A DNA stretch of 64,000 nt from Atractiella rhizophila (GCA_021432655.1 MU271195.1:124001-188000); one strand, 5' to 3'; shown: positions 38,901 through 54,197, counted from the stretch's first letter. Made by a program: numbers and translations. Notes: generated by a model not told the origin, from the sequence alone.

Positions 38901-40610
38901 CTAGTCTTCTTCATCACTCATAATGACCATCTTTTTAACTTGAGTTCCCTGGCTGGCCACATCTGTTTTCGGAAGTGACGGCGCTTGCCTGTCAACCACA
39001 TCAGTCAAAACAGTCCAAGGAAACTGGAGCCCAGCGTACCCATATCTCTTCGCCATCCTTTTCTGGCGCTGCTGATTTTCTCTGTATATTTGATCAGCTG
39101 CGTCTTCACCAAGAACAGAATAACGCACAGTTCAGCTTCAGCATGCTCGATGTCGTCCATCTCTACATCCCCTTCCTGTGTCGGCCGCTTGTGATGTTTC
39201 TTCGGCCTGCGTTTTCGCTTTGAGCCGTCTTTTTCTTCCCCAGATGTACCTCCTTCCTCCTCCTCTCCGTCGCCTTCGTCTTCTTCCTCTGAGGATGGGT
39301 CAGGCACAACAAATCCATCATCATCTTCGTAATCTGCTTCTCGCGTGGAGCGCTGCTGCTTTCGCGATCGCCCCTTCAAAAACCAATGAGCAACTCAGGT
39401 AGAGGAAGAGGAAAGCCAACCTCTTCTCCGTCTACGTCATCGTCGTCATCAGCCTCTTCAGATTGCAGTCTCAAACTTCTACCGTTTCTTCTGCTGCCCT
39501 TTTTAGAGATCTGCACTATTTTCCGTGGACTTGTGGCGGCAGCTCCTCCGATCCTAATACCACGCTTCCCCTTCTCTCTTTCTTCTCTCTCTCGTTCCTC
39601 CCTTTGCCTCTCTGGATCGATATCCACTCTCAAAACCGCCACTTTCGCCTTCTTTCGCGCCTCAGCGGCAGTAGCAGCCATATATCGCTTATGGGCGGGC
39701 TGATTCGCCTCGTTGGTGCCGAGATGAAGGTTTTGGATAACTCCAGAGATGGATTGATAGCCGTTGTAAGGATGTTGCGCGCTGAGATAAGAAAGTGGGA
39801 GCTTTGGGATGGACGGTGTGGTTGAGTTTGGATTGAGCTGCGGCGAGGAGTCGGATTCTGCGAAGGGGGACATGGAAAACCCGGTCCTGAACTGCTCGTC
39901 CCCAATTTGTAATGTTACGCTGCCGTCTGACCAGCGTACGAATCGGGCGTTAGACTCTTTTTTCTATTAAGTAGTTTAATGAAATTCGGGCATTCGAATA
40001 AAGACAAACTATGTTTCCAGCAGCATCTTTGGTCCATTGCCATCGAATGACATTTTCATCCGGCATCATTTTGTCCTTCTCTTCCTCTTCGTCTGGAGGT
40101 AAAAACATGCTTCGCCTCCTCGCAGGTGTGGGTCTCGGCGCTTGCGATTGTTCTTTATGGGACTTTTCGAAATCTGAAGGGTCAAATGGTCTTGCTTCCA
40201 TTGCCAAAAAGCCAGGTAGCTTGAGGTGGAAGAACTGTGCTGAGATGTCAAGAAGAAGAAGCAAAATTGAAGAAAGCAACGTACTCCGCCGCTTCCTTTC
40301 CCAGGTTTCCAAGTGCCGAAATTGGCCAGCTCGATGTCGCCTCGTCGCGTCGACTGAAGCGGAGGCTGCACCTGTCCTCCTCCTTCTTCGTATTCAAGGT
40401 CCCTCCTTCGACTAGACTCCTCTTGAAACGCCCCTGAACCTGCATCTTCGTCTTCACCCTGCACATTGGATTGGTATTGGCGGCAGTCCATTTAGCAGAA
40501 AGGTAGCTCACAAACAGGTCGAGATTGGCTTGGTCAGCCCCGTCTTCATCATATTCCTCACCAGGCACTTCTTCACCACCAAACATGTCGTCATCTGCCA
40601 CAGAATCCAT
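38901..40610 (-). CDS. LEO1: Paf1 complex subunit Leo1
   Basis: Acidic termini; LKLPGFLAMEARPFDP, ENVIRW, ESNARFVRWSDGSVTLQIG. Confidence 0.9.
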
Positions 40611-40721
40611 CTTGTTGCCTTCTACTCTGCTTGCAGTTCGTGCTGGTTGGTTGCACACTAACCTGTAGTTTCTTGTGTAGTTACATCCAATTTCAACCAC
40701 CCTTCCACGACATTCTACGCC

Positions 40722-43700
40722 ATGTCCTCTGGCTCACATTCTCCTACCAGCCATACTACCCCAGATGAGCCTCTAGAACCTACCAACGGAGCTGTTGAGG
40801 AACCCACAGCGACCGAGCCGGCTCCCATCGAAATATCACCGCAACAGGCAGAGGAGGAAGTGCACGGCGTGGCGGCTGAGGCTGACGGCACAAAGATTAG
40901 TGCGGAAGTGCCAGCAGAAGAGTTTACAGATGTTAGTATGGAGGATAACCAATCTGCACTGTCACAGCGGCCAGAGGAGGTGAAGTCGGACCGTGAGTGT
41001 TACGTCTGTAGACCGCCTTCATGTCTGAAAGAAAGGGCGAGAAGAAACAACTCCAGCTGTGGCTGCTCCAACATCTGTAGAAGACCTTACGCCGTCGACT
41101 CCGTCACAAACAACTCCCGCTGTAGCTCCGCCCTCTGTGGAACAGGACCCTGCACCGTCGACTCCGTCCCGAACAACTGCGCCAACCGCTTCAGACACAA
41201 CTTCAGGACGTTCCTCCGCCGTGGCGTCCACCGTTCTCCTCTTGGTATCCTCCCTGGAATCTATCTCCAATGCTAAAGAAGGTCGCAACAACAACGCGCT
41301 CAAGGAGTCGGTCTCCAACGCCTTACTTCAGCTACGAAATGTTCCCTCCCCAGACAACATTAAGCCGCATACGATCTTTGAACCTCTGAAGCTCGCATGC
41401 GAGACGAAGTCAATTCCCCTCATGATAACGTCGCTTGACTGCATTGGAAAAGTTGTGACTTATGCGTTCTTTGCGGATCCTACGCCGCCGCACAAGTTTC
41501 TAAACCTGACCAAGGACGACCCCGAGGGAGCTCAGTCCAGTGGCGGATTGACCGACGAAGTCGTTGCTACAGTCTGTGATTGCTTCATCGAGACTGCGCC
41601 TGATGCTGTTCAGCTACAAATTGTCAAAGCTATCTTGGCCATCGTTCTTTCGCCCAAACTTCACGTTCATCAATCCAGCCTTCTCAAAGCCGTACGAACA
41701 GTCTACAACATCTTTCTACTCTCCAAAAGCCCCATGATACAAACTGTAGCTCAAGGGTCTCTCACCCAAATTGTCGACCATGTTTTTGCACGGGTCACCA
41801 CTGTTGGCGAACACATTCTGCAGCCAAATGATGGAAATCTGCCATTCAGCGCAGAACCTTCCTCTGCTTCTCTCAACGGGTTCGACACCGCAAAAGGCGT
41901 CCAGGCACACTCCAACGCTTCGACGGATGCGATTCCAGGAGGAAGCACGTCGAGGATCTCGAATGGGTCGGCCTTTGAGGGCAAATCTACTGAGCAACTA
42001 GCTGAAGAGTCAGACGGCGTACGAGCCGGGATCGATCCCTCAACTAGCACGGACGGTGAGGAGCAACTCAATACAAAGCCAATGGAACCTGAAAATGTTC
42101 CTTCGAGTGTTCCGAATGAGCCACAGTCTTCATCCGCAGGCTCATCTCAACAAGACGAAAACCAGGCAGACACACTACCAAATGGTGCACCAGCTGGCGA
42201 GCAGGAGGAGCCGCCATTTTTCACTGTCCGAGATTACTACGTCAAGGACGCATTCCTCGTGTTTCGTGCATTGTGCAAGCTATCCATGAAGCCGCTGGGA
42301 TCAGAAAGGTGAGATTTCGAAGTAGTCTTTCATGTGACTGAGTACAGTGTAGTGAGAAGGATCTGCGGTCACATGCCATGCGCTCCAAGTTGTTGGCGCT
42401 CCAACTTATCCTTAACATCCTAAAAACCACAATGCCCCTTTTCGTTGATCCCTCCGCAATCATTCATTCAGCTTCAACAAGAGAGCAGACGCCTTTCATT
42501 CAAGCAGTCAAACAGTACCTTTGCCTCAGCTTGAGCCGAAATGGTGTTTCGCCCGTTATCGCCGTATTTGAGTTGAGTTGCGAGATGTTTTGGCTTACCA
42601 TTTCTGGTCTCCGGACCAAGCTAAAAGTGAGTGCTACTGCCATCCGTACTGCGGCTTATTTTAGCGTTCAGAAAGAGATCGAAGTGCTTCTAAACGAAAT
42701 ATTCCTGCCTATTTTGGAAATGAAGAACTCTAGCGTCCGTCAGAAGTCCATCCTCCTACGGACAATGTCACGGTTATGCCACGATCCGCAAACGTTAGTA
42801 GATATCTACCTCAATTACGACTGCGATCGATCTTCTCTGGACAATATTTACGAGCGTCTAATCAATATAATCTCCAAGGTTGGCACTCAATATTACCAGG
42901 CACATTCCCAGAATCAGAAGGTATCAGAAGACGCGGCTTCGGATGCACACTTGAAGAAAGAATGTCTCGACTGCCTAGTCGCCGTTCTCCGATCTCTCGT
43001 CGCGTGGGCTGGTAAAGGTGTTACTCTCTCCTTACCCGAACCTTCAAGTCGCCCACCACCGTCTCATCGCCCCAGCGTCAGTGAGGAAGTGCATGGGAGC
43101 GACACTGAGCTAGCAGCCTCCTCCTCGTCCAACTCTATGTCATACGAACCTACCGATGATCCTGGTCGTTTTGGCAATGCCAAGCAGCGGAAGACCACAT
43201 TACTAGAGGGTATCAAGAAGTTCAACTTTAAGCCAAAACGGGTTAGTCTCTCAGATTATGTACTACCGTCACTTATCCTTTCTTTGACAGGGCATTGACT
43301 TTCTCATCCAAAATGGCTTCATTCGAAGTGCAGAGCCCGCTGCCATAGCACATTTTCTACTACACGCAGATGGCTTAAACAAGGCTGTTATCGGGGAGTA
43401 CCTTGGGGAGGGGTAGGTTTCAGTGTAGGTGAAGCCTTTGCTGACTTGTGACTCAGAGAGACGGAAAATATCGCAATTATGCATGCGTTTGTGGACATGA
43501 TGGACTTTACGACTATGCAGTTCGTGGATGCCGTCCGACTTTTCTTGCAGTCATTCCGCCTCCCTGGCGAAGCACAGAAGATCGACAGATTTATGCTTAA
43601 ATTTGCTGAGAGATATTTGACCGGAAACCCAACCTCTTTTGCAAATGCTGGTCAGCATCTCCTCTATTGCCCCGCCTACAAGCTGACAATCTTGCAGACA

Positions 43701-46700
43701 CGGCTTACGTTCTTGCTTTCTCTGTTATCATGCTCAACACGGACGCACATAATCCTGTCGTCAAACATCGTATGACAAAGCAAGATTTCATCAAGAACAA
43801 CCGAGGCATTAACGATGGACAGGATCTACCGGAGGAGCTTTTGGGCTCCATTTTTGACGAAATCTGCGAGCATGAGATTAAGATGAAAGATGAAGAAGAG
43901 GCTGTCGTTACTGCTCAACCTATAAGTGGTTTAGCTGGTGCCTTAGCTACTGTGGGACGAGATCTGCAACGAGAAGCATATGTCCTACTTTCTGAGGGCA
44001 TGGCTACAAAAACCGAGGTTCGTTTGATTGACGGATTGCCTCCTGACTAACGAAAACAAAGGCGCTCTTTCGTACCATGCTCAGGTCTCAGAAGCGAAGC
44101 GCGACCAGTCAATCTACCGACCAATTCTATATTGCATCCCACTTTGAACACGTCAAGCCAATGTTTCAAGTTGTTTGGACTCCTCTACTAGCTGGCATAT
44201 CTGCTCCGCTACAATACTCAAGTGATATTGAACTAGTCGGACTTTCCTTGGATGGATTCAAGCAGGCCATCAAAATTGTCTGTCTCTTCGACTTGGAGCT
44301 AGAGCGGAATGCATTTGTCACCACTTTGGCCAAATTTACGTTTTTAAACAACTTGGGCGAGATGAAACCGAAGAACGTGGAGGCTATTAAAGCTCTTCTA
44401 GATGTGGCTATGGTTGACGGGAACTACCTGAAGTCATCGTGGCGCGAGGTTATCGTTTGTGTCAGCCATTTAGAACGATTTCAGCTCATTTCGCAAGGTG
44501 TTGATGCCAGGGTTGTACCAGAGCTGGGGAGGAATCCGTGCGTTCCCTGGACTGTGATTAAACCACACCTGAGTATCCCTGCTATAGGAGCTCTGCATCT
44601 CAGAGAGGATCGGCGACCAAGATTACCAGACCACCTGAGGAAGTCGCTCGCGAAACCCAATCGGCTCATATTACCATCGCAGCGGACATGATTTTCTCCT
44701 CCAGTAAAAACCTTTCTGGAGTTAGTTCGACTTGTCCTTGCCTCCACTGTCGTCTGATGGATTCTAGGTTGCCATTGTGGATTTTGTGCAAGCCTTGAGC
44801 GACGTATCGTGGAAAGAAATTCAGTCATCCGGTCTGTCAGAGCATCCGAGAGTTTTTTGTCTTCAGAAGCTGGTGGAAATCTCATACTACAACATGGCTC
44901 GAATTCGTATGGAATGGTCAAACATTTGGGTTGTTTTAGGAGAGCATTTTAACCAGGTATAACCTCTTCAATCAATGCCGTTGCCTTAGGTAACCTTGAT
45001 GGTCTAGGTTTGCTGCCACACTAGCCAAAGTGTCAGCTTTTTCGCCCTCGATTCTTTGCGTCAATTGGCGATGCGATTTTTGGAAAAAGAGGAATTACCT
45101 CATTTCAAGTTTCAGAAGGATTTCCTTGCACCGTTCGAATACGCCATGGTAAACAACCATAACACAGACGCACGTGATATGGTGCTGCAATGTCTGCAGC
45201 AAATGATTGCTGCTCGTGCGCACAATATGCGGTCAGGTTGGCGGACGATGTTCGGTGTTTTTTCAGCTGCCTCCAAAGTTTCGATTGGTAGGTACTCAAC
45301 TCTCATGGTTGGGGTCTGACGCTAACTCTGGCCAAAGAACGAATAGCTGCAGGCGCTTTCGAAATTGTCCTGAGAATCAAAACAGATCACTTCCTCGCAA
45401 TTGTCACACATGCGTCGTTTGCCGATTTGACCGTATGTCTCACAGACTTCTGCAAGATTTCCAAGTTCCAGAAAATCAGTGTGCGTCTTGCTTGCCTATG
45501 TTGCAGTGACGCTTTTAATGTGACGCATAATAATAGCTTCACGCTATCGAGGTCCTTAAATCTCTGATCCCACAGATGCTCTCGACTCCAGAGTGTCGCC
45601 TTGACTCGTCTCAAAAAGCTGAGGATGAAGGTACTCTTGACTCCGCGGCTAAATTTTGGTTTCCCGTGCTTTTCGGATTTTACGATGTCATTATGAATGG
45701 CGAGGATCTTGAAGTCCGGAAAAGGTAAGGTGTACCATCGAAGTGCTGTTGACTAATAAAACTTTAGAGCCTTAGATTACCTGTTCGAGGTTTTGAAGCA
45801 GCACGGGAAGGGATTTCCTCGAAATCTCTGGAATTCTGTTTGCAAAGAAGTTCTCTTCCCGATCTTTGCCGTCCTTCGCTCGAGATCCGATGTCACTCGG
45901 TTTAGCACTCATGAAGATATGAGCGTCTGGCTATCGACAACAATGATACAAGCGTTGAGGAATCTGGTCGATCTGTTCTCTTTTTACTTCGACGCTCTTG
46001 GTCACCTCCTAGATGAGCTTTTGGAGCTACTTTGCGAATGCATTTTACAGGGTATGCAACCCTGCGTTCCGGTGATGATCACTCACCATATGGGGCAGAG
46101 AATGATACTTTAGCACGAATAGGAACATCTTGTCTACAACAGCTTCTAGAGCAAAACGTGCAGAAGCTCAAAGCAGGAAGCTGGGAAAAGATAGTTTCGA
46201 CGTTCATCCATCTTTTTCGGACAACCACTGCCTATCAGCTGTTTGATGACACACTTCGCCTTCCTCCGTCGCCAACTTCAGAGTCCCCATCGCGTAAGTC
46301 AAAATAAAGGCATGTACATTTCATAACAAACTGTTAGCACCAGGTCAGGCCGGTTTTATTTTCCCGTTACCACTCAGTCCTGCACCAGCCAACGGCGCAA
46401 ATAATCCACCATCAGGACAGAACGGGCAAGCTCGACATGACAACCCTGCCACAGATCGTCGGAGGGCCTTTCGTCAAATCATAGTAAAATGCGTCTTGCA
46501 GCTGCTCTTGATCGAGACTTCCCATGAACTCCTTCGAAATAATGATGTCTACTCCACCATTCCAGCGGCAGAACTACTCAAACTCATGGCCGCTCTAGAA
46601 GACAGCTATCGTTTTGCTAAGCGATTCAATGCCGACAAGGAGTTACGAATGGCATTGTGGAAAGTTGGCAAGTCACCCAATAGATCAGCATGATTCAGTC

Positions 46701-47260
46701 TGACCAGACGTAGGCTTTATGAAGCAACTACCAAATCTCTTAAAACAAGAATCCAGTAGTGCAGCAACATTAGTCGCCGTGCTCGTGCGGATGTATTCAG
46801 ATGAACGAGCGGATCATGTTGCGAAAAGAAGAGAAACCGTTCACGCCTTCGTTCCGTAAGTGTTGCCTCATTATCGTTCAGTCTCTCGAACTGTGACTGC
46901 CTAGACTGGGGCTCGACATCCTTTCATCATACGCTTCATTGGATCCTGAGACACAAAGCCGAAATATTGCTGCGTGGACTCCGGTCGTCGCCAATGTTCT
47001 ACATGGATTTTCTGCCTTAGAAGCCGACACAGTATGTCCCTTTGTTGCTCTCCTGCATGTCAGCTGTTGACATGGCAAAAAGTTCGCTACTCATGTATCA
47101 TCCCTATACCCGATCACAACAGACATCCTATCAAAAGACATCGCTCCGGAAGTGCGAGAGGGGTTACGGGAAGTGTTCATAAGTACGTCCAGCTACATGG
47201 CTTTTGTGACAGTCTCCTAATATCGGAGCAGAGACCGGCAAAGTCAAGGGATTATTATAG
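40722..47260 (+). CDS. SEC7: Arf guanine-nucleotide exchange factor Sec7/BIG
   Basis: DCB and HUS domains ([23 protein letters not shown]), Sec7 catalytic [26 protein letters not shown] domains, [10 protein letters not shown]. Confidence 0.95.
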
Positions 47261-47487
47261 TGCCAGACTCTAATTTATCACTCTCAGCCTTGAAGTCATC
47301 ATGTAAGGCATATATTTCAGGAATATGACGTCTGTTCGTCTATCCACGCTACAAGTAACTGTAGCTCTGTGGGATATGTAAGGCGGCTCTCGAGTCAACC
47401 TGATCTTTTTTAACAGCAACGGCGTTGCAATTCTCCGATTTAGATCCTGCATTCTGTCATATCTGAGAACAAGTCATCCTTATGAAG

Positions 47488-48720
47488 CTACATGGACAGA
47501 TAATCGTTGATTTCCGCTTCCGTCAGTTTCCTAAATGTTGGTGGAGCAAGCGGTCCAACAGCTTTGCCTTGAGGTAACCCAACAATGCCCATCTCCAGTT
47601 TCGACGCGGTTAATTCGCCCTCGAATCCCTGACAGCATATAAGTTAACCAGTTTGCACGGAAGAGCTATGTTCTACCTCTTTCAGGGTGAGCAGTGCTAC
47701 ATGAGCCGCATCCACCAATGAAATATCGTCATCTAGGCACAAGCCTGAGCGTGATCGTGATGGTATAGAAGTGTGGTGAGGCTCACTGTAGCGTTTTTCC
47801 AGGAACGTCTTTGCGTTCACCATATTTTTACCGATTGCACTACAACGTTACAGCTGAGCAAGCAAAAATTGAAGGCAACGTTCCTAACCTTGCTTTCCAC
47901 GCCCCTATGTAAATTTCAGACGTGCTGCAGCTGGCGAAGAGGAGGAGAACGTACAGAAGCTACCGCTGGGATCTATCTGCCAGAGCGAGGGTCCGGTAAG
48001 CTCGTCGTATCCCGCTACCAGTAAGCTAACTCCATAAGGACGAACACCCCTATGCTCCCAAGTCATCAAATAAATGAAGACGACTGACAAGCAACGAACC
48101 CTGATTGCGTGGCATCTTGCATTGCTGTAGCGATCTCGCTGACCAGAACACGCGTCGGGGGATACTCTGCGTAAATCTTCCAATATGCCTGAGCAGACTT
48201 TCTAGCTTTATTGACAAGGACCCGGAAATCGGGACCCATTCCCGAATAAACCATGCCGATATTCGGGCAGACCAGTGCCACCTATAGTTTGTCAGGCTAG
48301 AACTGCAGCAGATTCGACGTACCTTCTCAATCATTGAATCGTCCACCAATGGAGACGGTGACTTTTTCTCAGTTGCTATCACGATGCCATCCTTAGCTAA
48401 ATGCTTGATCCATCAGCGTTGTTGGGGTAGCACAGGGAACATCCAATTTCACCTTTGATGCCCAGGCTAGTAGCGCCAGCTGAAACTGCCTGTACGCGTG
48501 TCAAAAAAGAAAGCTACAACAGATAAATGAGGTACCTGGAGGGCATGCTCAATCTGGACGAGTCTGGCAGTCAAGTCAGCATGATCAGTCAATAATGTTG
48601 ACGGACTAGTGTGCATACTTTCCGGATGGTGAGAAAGTCGTTAGAGAGAAAGAATAGCTAAAACACAGTTCATTAGCAGCACAGTTTACGAATTAGCACA
48701 CACCTGCTTGTTCCTGCCAT
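47488..48720 (-). CDS. PRE8: 20S proteasome subunit alpha2 (PSMA2)
   Basis: [48 protein letters not shown]. Confidence 0.93.
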
Positions 48721-48881
48721 GACGCTGCTGCACTGCTGTTGTCGTGGTTGTCCTCGAATTGAGCTGAATTGGGCTGCAAGACGCGTCACCTGTTTCAACT
48801 TCTACGCATTTGCTCATCGCGTCTTGCAGCATTTGATTAAGTGTCCAATCCACCAGCTAACTGTTCCATTATTTCCAACCA

Positions 48882-51800
48882 ATGAAGCTCTTGCCTTATC
48901 AACTGGAGATCCGCAACCTCCTCTTTCCGACCTTGCCGAGCAACGACTCACTGCTAATCCTCGCGCCAGGATTAGGGTTGAGGAAAGTCATTGTCGCGTT
49001 TCTGCAAGCCCAAGTCGAGCTCGATTCCAACAATCCTGCCGTCGAAGGTGGAAAAACTGTGATCGTGAATGCCACAGAATCAGATATTGATGGCATTCGC
49101 GAAGAAGTTGGTTTAAGTCTGGTCGACCTGGATGGTCTTAACGGTGTGGAAGAAAGGTAGAGACCCAAATTTTTAACGGAAACCGCTGACACAAGTGGTC
49201 CAAGATATCATGCCTATCTAGAGGAGTCTTGCAAACTTATCGCTGTGACTTCTAGAGTCTTTATTACCGACCTTTTGACTTCTAAGATACCCCTGAACAA
49301 GTTAAGCGGGATTGTGCTCCTGCACGCAGAGGAGTACGAATCGGAGCTTTGAAGTCTCTGTCTCTCACTAATAACGGCTGCTGTCAGGGTGACACCTAAC
49401 TCAACGGAAGCCTTTATAGCAAAATTGTATCGCGATGGCAATAAGGTGTGTCTTGAGCAAACTAAAGACACTGTCTTACGTGCAGAAAGACCGGGTTTTT
49501 GAAAGCGTTCTCGGACGCTCCGGAAGCCTTTACTCACGGAATCTCTCCACTCCAGTCTGTCCTCAGATGTATGAAACTGCGAAAGGTGTTGCTCTGGCCA
49601 AGGTGAAGGGACTTCTGCCCCACCTGTAGTTTCTCATGACCCCGCACTGGTAGGTTCCATGAACTAGTACAAACATGCCTTTCGACGGAGCATCGGGTGG
49701 ATGTTATCGAGCTGCACCAACATTTGAGCGCAAACATGGATCAGATTCAGACCGCCATCATTGAGTGCATGGATGCCACACTTGCAGAAGTTCGTAAAGC
49801 GACCGCAGATGTGAGTTAACTTTACACATTGCCATCAAATCTGAATCCTGCTCAGGTCGACCCTGAAAATCTGGACATGGAAAACGCTCTGTTTCGTTCC
49901 TTTGACTCGATTCTGCGCAATTATTTGGACCCAGTGTGGAACAAAATCTCTCCACGAACGCGGCAGCTTATCGGAGACCTCGCAATGTTGCGGAGATTGC
50001 TACGGTGAGGCGTCCCTTCACTTTGAACTAGGTATCACTCATGAGGGTGCAGTTACCTCCTATCTTACGATTGCGTCTCGTTTAATACACTAATTGAGAC
50101 TATTATCCAGTCGAACACGACAAATCAGTTTACGGGAAACTTGAGACAGAATCAAAGTCCATGGTTGTTCTTGCAAGCTGCGGAAACAATCATTCAAACA
50201 TCCCGAAGACGAGTCTATGAGAGACGAGATCCAGTGTCCCAATCGTTGCGGAAAACTCAGCCGCGAGAGGGAACACTGTTACCAGACGAAGACGAAGAAG
50301 CCGCTTTTGAGGCATCAGTGCAAACAACAGAGGAAACAGATGCCCATGCTGACTTGGATTGGCTGCCAGAAAATGTCGAGCTGATTCTAGAGGAACAACC
50401 AAAGTGGGATGAACTGTTCCTTCTGATACAAGAGATCGAAAGGGAAATTTTCCTAAACCAACACGGGCAGTCAGCAAGTACTCATTCCATTTGAGTCGTC
50501 ACCAAAAATGTTCATTTTTGTCATGAAAAGCTTCACGCAACACAATCCTCATCATGTGTTCCTCGGCGTCGACCTGTGCCGCCCTCCGCGAGTACATTTG
50601 CGACCGACACGATGAAGACCACAGGCAACCACAACGGTTTCACAAAATGATGCTGCGTCGTTTCAGAGAATATCTGTTAGGGATGAAGGATTTGTCCAGT
50701 TCAAAGAAGGTCTCCGGTCAGGCGGTGGACTCGACCCAAATGGAGACATCTACGACAGATGACCATCTCAGTGCTGGACTCAAGAGAAAAGCAGAATGGA
50801 GTCGTGGCAGAGCACCAGCGAACAAGAGACGCAGAACTCGCGGAGGTTCTGTAACCGCTGCATCATCGCAGGATATGAATGGTCGCCAAGTTGCAGACGG
50901 ATTTGCACTGAACACTGCGTACACGGCCCCGTCTCTATTTGGGTGGCTAAATTTTCATCAGGTTACTGGAGAAATTAAGTCTCGAGACGATGCCACAGCC
51001 CCTTACAAGTACAAGTCTTCTTGACGGGTCATCCTTGGAAGACAACTTTTGCCTCCTGGAACCGGACAACGAGGTTGTCATACAGTCCTACTCTGGGGAT
51101 GATGATGACTACTTACTCGAGGAATTGCGGCCTCGCTTCATTATCATGTTTGAGCCAGATCCTGCATTCATACGCAGAGTAGAGGTAGGTGAATACGCAT
51201 CTCCGCTGGTTACATTTGTTGATCTGGGACACAGGTCTTCCGTGCCAGCTATACCCATATAGCAATCCGTGTTTATTTCATGATATATTCGAACTCGACA
51301 GAAGAACAGGTCTATTTGAGCACGATTCGAAAAGAGAAAGATGCTTTCGAACGTCTCGTGCGAGAGAATGCGGTATTTCGATCGACTTTCGTCCAACACA
51401 GCTTATTTATTGCTATCTAGAATATGGTCATCCCTCTGGAAGCAGAACACAGAGGCTCCCAATCTACCGAAGCAGATATCTCGCGCACAGTGAGCTCTCG
51501 CAAAGCAGGTGGCGGAATGGTGTCTGCTGTCCCACAACAGGTTTGTGCATGTCCAGCTTGTCGACGTGACTTGAACCAGCGCCAAGATCATCGTGGACCA
51601 TCGCGAGTTTAGGTCTACGCTCCCATTCATGCTATACAGCTCAGGGCTCAAAGTCATACCCATGACGCTTTTAGTTGGTGACTACGTCCTTAGCCCAACC
51701 ATCTGCGTCGAACGGAAAAGCATTCCCGATCTGATACAAAGCTTGAGTTCTGGTCGGCTATACCAACAATGCGAATTGATGGTGGCTCAGTGAGATTGTT

Positions 51801-52428
51801 CTGTGTATTCCAAGTTGTGATGTGATTGACGGATGACACTCCTCCAGCTATCAAACACCTATCTTGCTAATCGAATTTTCTGAAAACAAATCTTTTAGTT
51901 TAGATGTATGTTCCTCGTCCCTATCAGACAACATCGCGCTCAGGCGGTCACAAGACATACACCAATTCTAATTCTAATCAGCCCGCGCGACCAACAGAAA
52001 GTGTTTACACTGATTTGGAGTCGCTCCAATCGAAAATTGTCCTTCTCACGATGTCGTTCCAAAAGTTGCGAATTATATGGAGCTCGTCGGCACACGAAAC
52101 GACGCTTATTTTTCAAGACCTGAAACAAAGAGAAGAGGAGCCTGATGCGAAGACTGCTGTTGCCGTCGGAGAACAGCTGGAATCAGTGACGCGATTTGAT
52201 CCAGGTGCCGAGAACTGGAATCAATCAGGGCAAGAAGCCCTCCTCTCACTGCCAGGTATTGATAACAAAAACTTTCGATATTTAATGGAGAAGGCTGTCA
52301 ACTTTCAGGAAGTGTGTGCCATGTCGAATGGAGGATTAGAGGATTGTATTGGGGCTGAACAAGGCCAAAAATTATGGAAGTTCCTGAACAGGTCAATTGA
52401 ACAACCCCATACACATAATTCTGCCTAA
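48882..52428 (+). CDS. RAD1: XPF/ERCC4 structure-specific endonuclease
   Basis: LLILAPGLG, LEEQPKW, LEELRPRFIIMFEPDPAFIRRVE, VDHREFRS, GDYVLS..CVERKS..DL..SL..GRL, C-terminal HhH LPGI. Confidence 0.94.
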
Positions 52429-53115
52429 TGACATTGAAATGTATCACAGCCATTGTAACTATCACATCCAATGACAGCAGACTAACATTTTATAGGCAAG
52501 CCTCCTTACCATAGGAAAGTGATACTTTGTTGAGCACTACCCACATCTCACATCGTTTGATATCTGATAACATCATATACTCAATGTTTTTCAATTCAGC
52601 AGGCTCAAGATGGCTCCTCACCATTTCTCTTTTCTCCGTTCCATTCTTATACCACTCCGCTTCTTCAACCAGCCATTTTTTGCTTGATGACACACTAACA
52701 GTTATCAATACAGGTGTCTCTTCACCTTCAATGCCATTGCAGTTCTCACTCCACCTTTATCTCACTAGGTCCAATTCTCCTACCTTGATAAGTCTACAGC
52801 CTTCCTCTGTTCCCTCTTAATGTGCTGTTCTGCACTGTCTACACTCCTCCATGCAAGCTTTGTCAGATGCTCACTTGAGCTTCTAGGAGCATTAGATGGA
52901 AATATTAAATATTGGATATATTTTTATTCCTACTCATATTGTAAAATATAATATGTGATCATATTTTATTATGTAGATGTCAGGGCTGACACACTATAAG
53001 GCCCTTGATCTTCTTAGACACAGGTACTAGAAATCCCAGTTTTAGCATTGTTAAAGTAACCCATAGGGGACATCTGCATATATGGGATGCCAAACTATGG
53101 CTTTCCTCATTCTTT

Positions 53116-53184
53116 CAACTTCAGACATACCAGAAGAGCAACTTCAAACATACCGGTAGAGCAACTTCGGACATACCAGTAGAG
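53116..53184. repeat. Three tandem 23-bp repeats
   Basis: CAACTTCAGACATACCAGAAGAG / CAACTTCAAACATACCGGTAGAG / CAACTTCGGACATACCAGTAGAG. Confidence 0.8.
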
Positions 53185-54197
53185 GATAAGGCTCCTTGAT
53201 CTGAGGAATTAAATTGCCAAGTCTCCACCATCACATGATCATCGCAATAGACCATTATATCCCTTTCTCTATCACATCAGTGGACCTTAGGACTCAACCA
53301 CACGCTCTAGGAAGATGTTTCAGATGGAAATGGCTCCTAGTGGGTTGGAATTTGCTGGATTGAACAGTCTTGCTGCAGCAAATGATGCCACTATGGCTCA
53401 AGCAAGCCCTTGAGTGGATGGCAGACACTGGTGCAACTTCCTACATGTCTCCCCATTGTCACTGTTCAGAACCTACCAGAAGAAGGTTATTCCTATCAGG
53501 GTAGCAAGTGGAGAAGTTGATTTGGAGTGCTATTGGGAGCTTGATCTTTGAAGCCAAGCTGGGGGAGAAGAAGACCATCACTATCACCATTTCAGATGTC
53601 CTGCATGTCCCCAAGCTCTATGACAACCTCCTATCAGTCTTCAAGCTCACCATCTACAAGGAAATGAGGGTCTCCATCAGGCACAACAAGTTTCTCTTCT
53701 TGCAGGATCAAAAACTCTCCCTCACTGCCTGTAGACTACAAGAACGGAAGCATGGCTGGAATACTCAATGGGAACACCCTCCCTGCTCCAGAATTCGCTG
53801 GAAATACTTCTACACTGCCCATGGATGCTTCTCTATGGCATAGGAGACTTGGACACCTGAATTATGAGGACATTGAGCGTCTGAAGAGGAAGGCACTTGT
53901 GAATGGGATGATTTTTGACCTGGAGGATGACCCTATTTGCGAGCCATGCCTAGCTGGGAAGCAGCATAGGGTCTTCAACAAGTCAGCAGAGACTAGGGAG
54001 AAGGAAGTATTGGGTAGGATTAGCTCATATCTGCATGGACTTCTTCCAGTCACATCCAGAGAAGGATATCATTATTGGGTCAGCTTCATTGACGAAGCAC
54101 AAATCATTGCACAATTGTCTTCCTCAAGAAGAAATCAGAGGCCCCAGAACTCTTCAAGACCTTCAAGAATTGGGTAGAGAATTTCACTGGGAAGAAG

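Noticed and set aside
52978..53300. Possible LTR starting TGTCAGGGCTGACAC, similar to the end at 54738
   Set aside because: No convincing other terminus or TSD found; similarity limited to about 15 nt.
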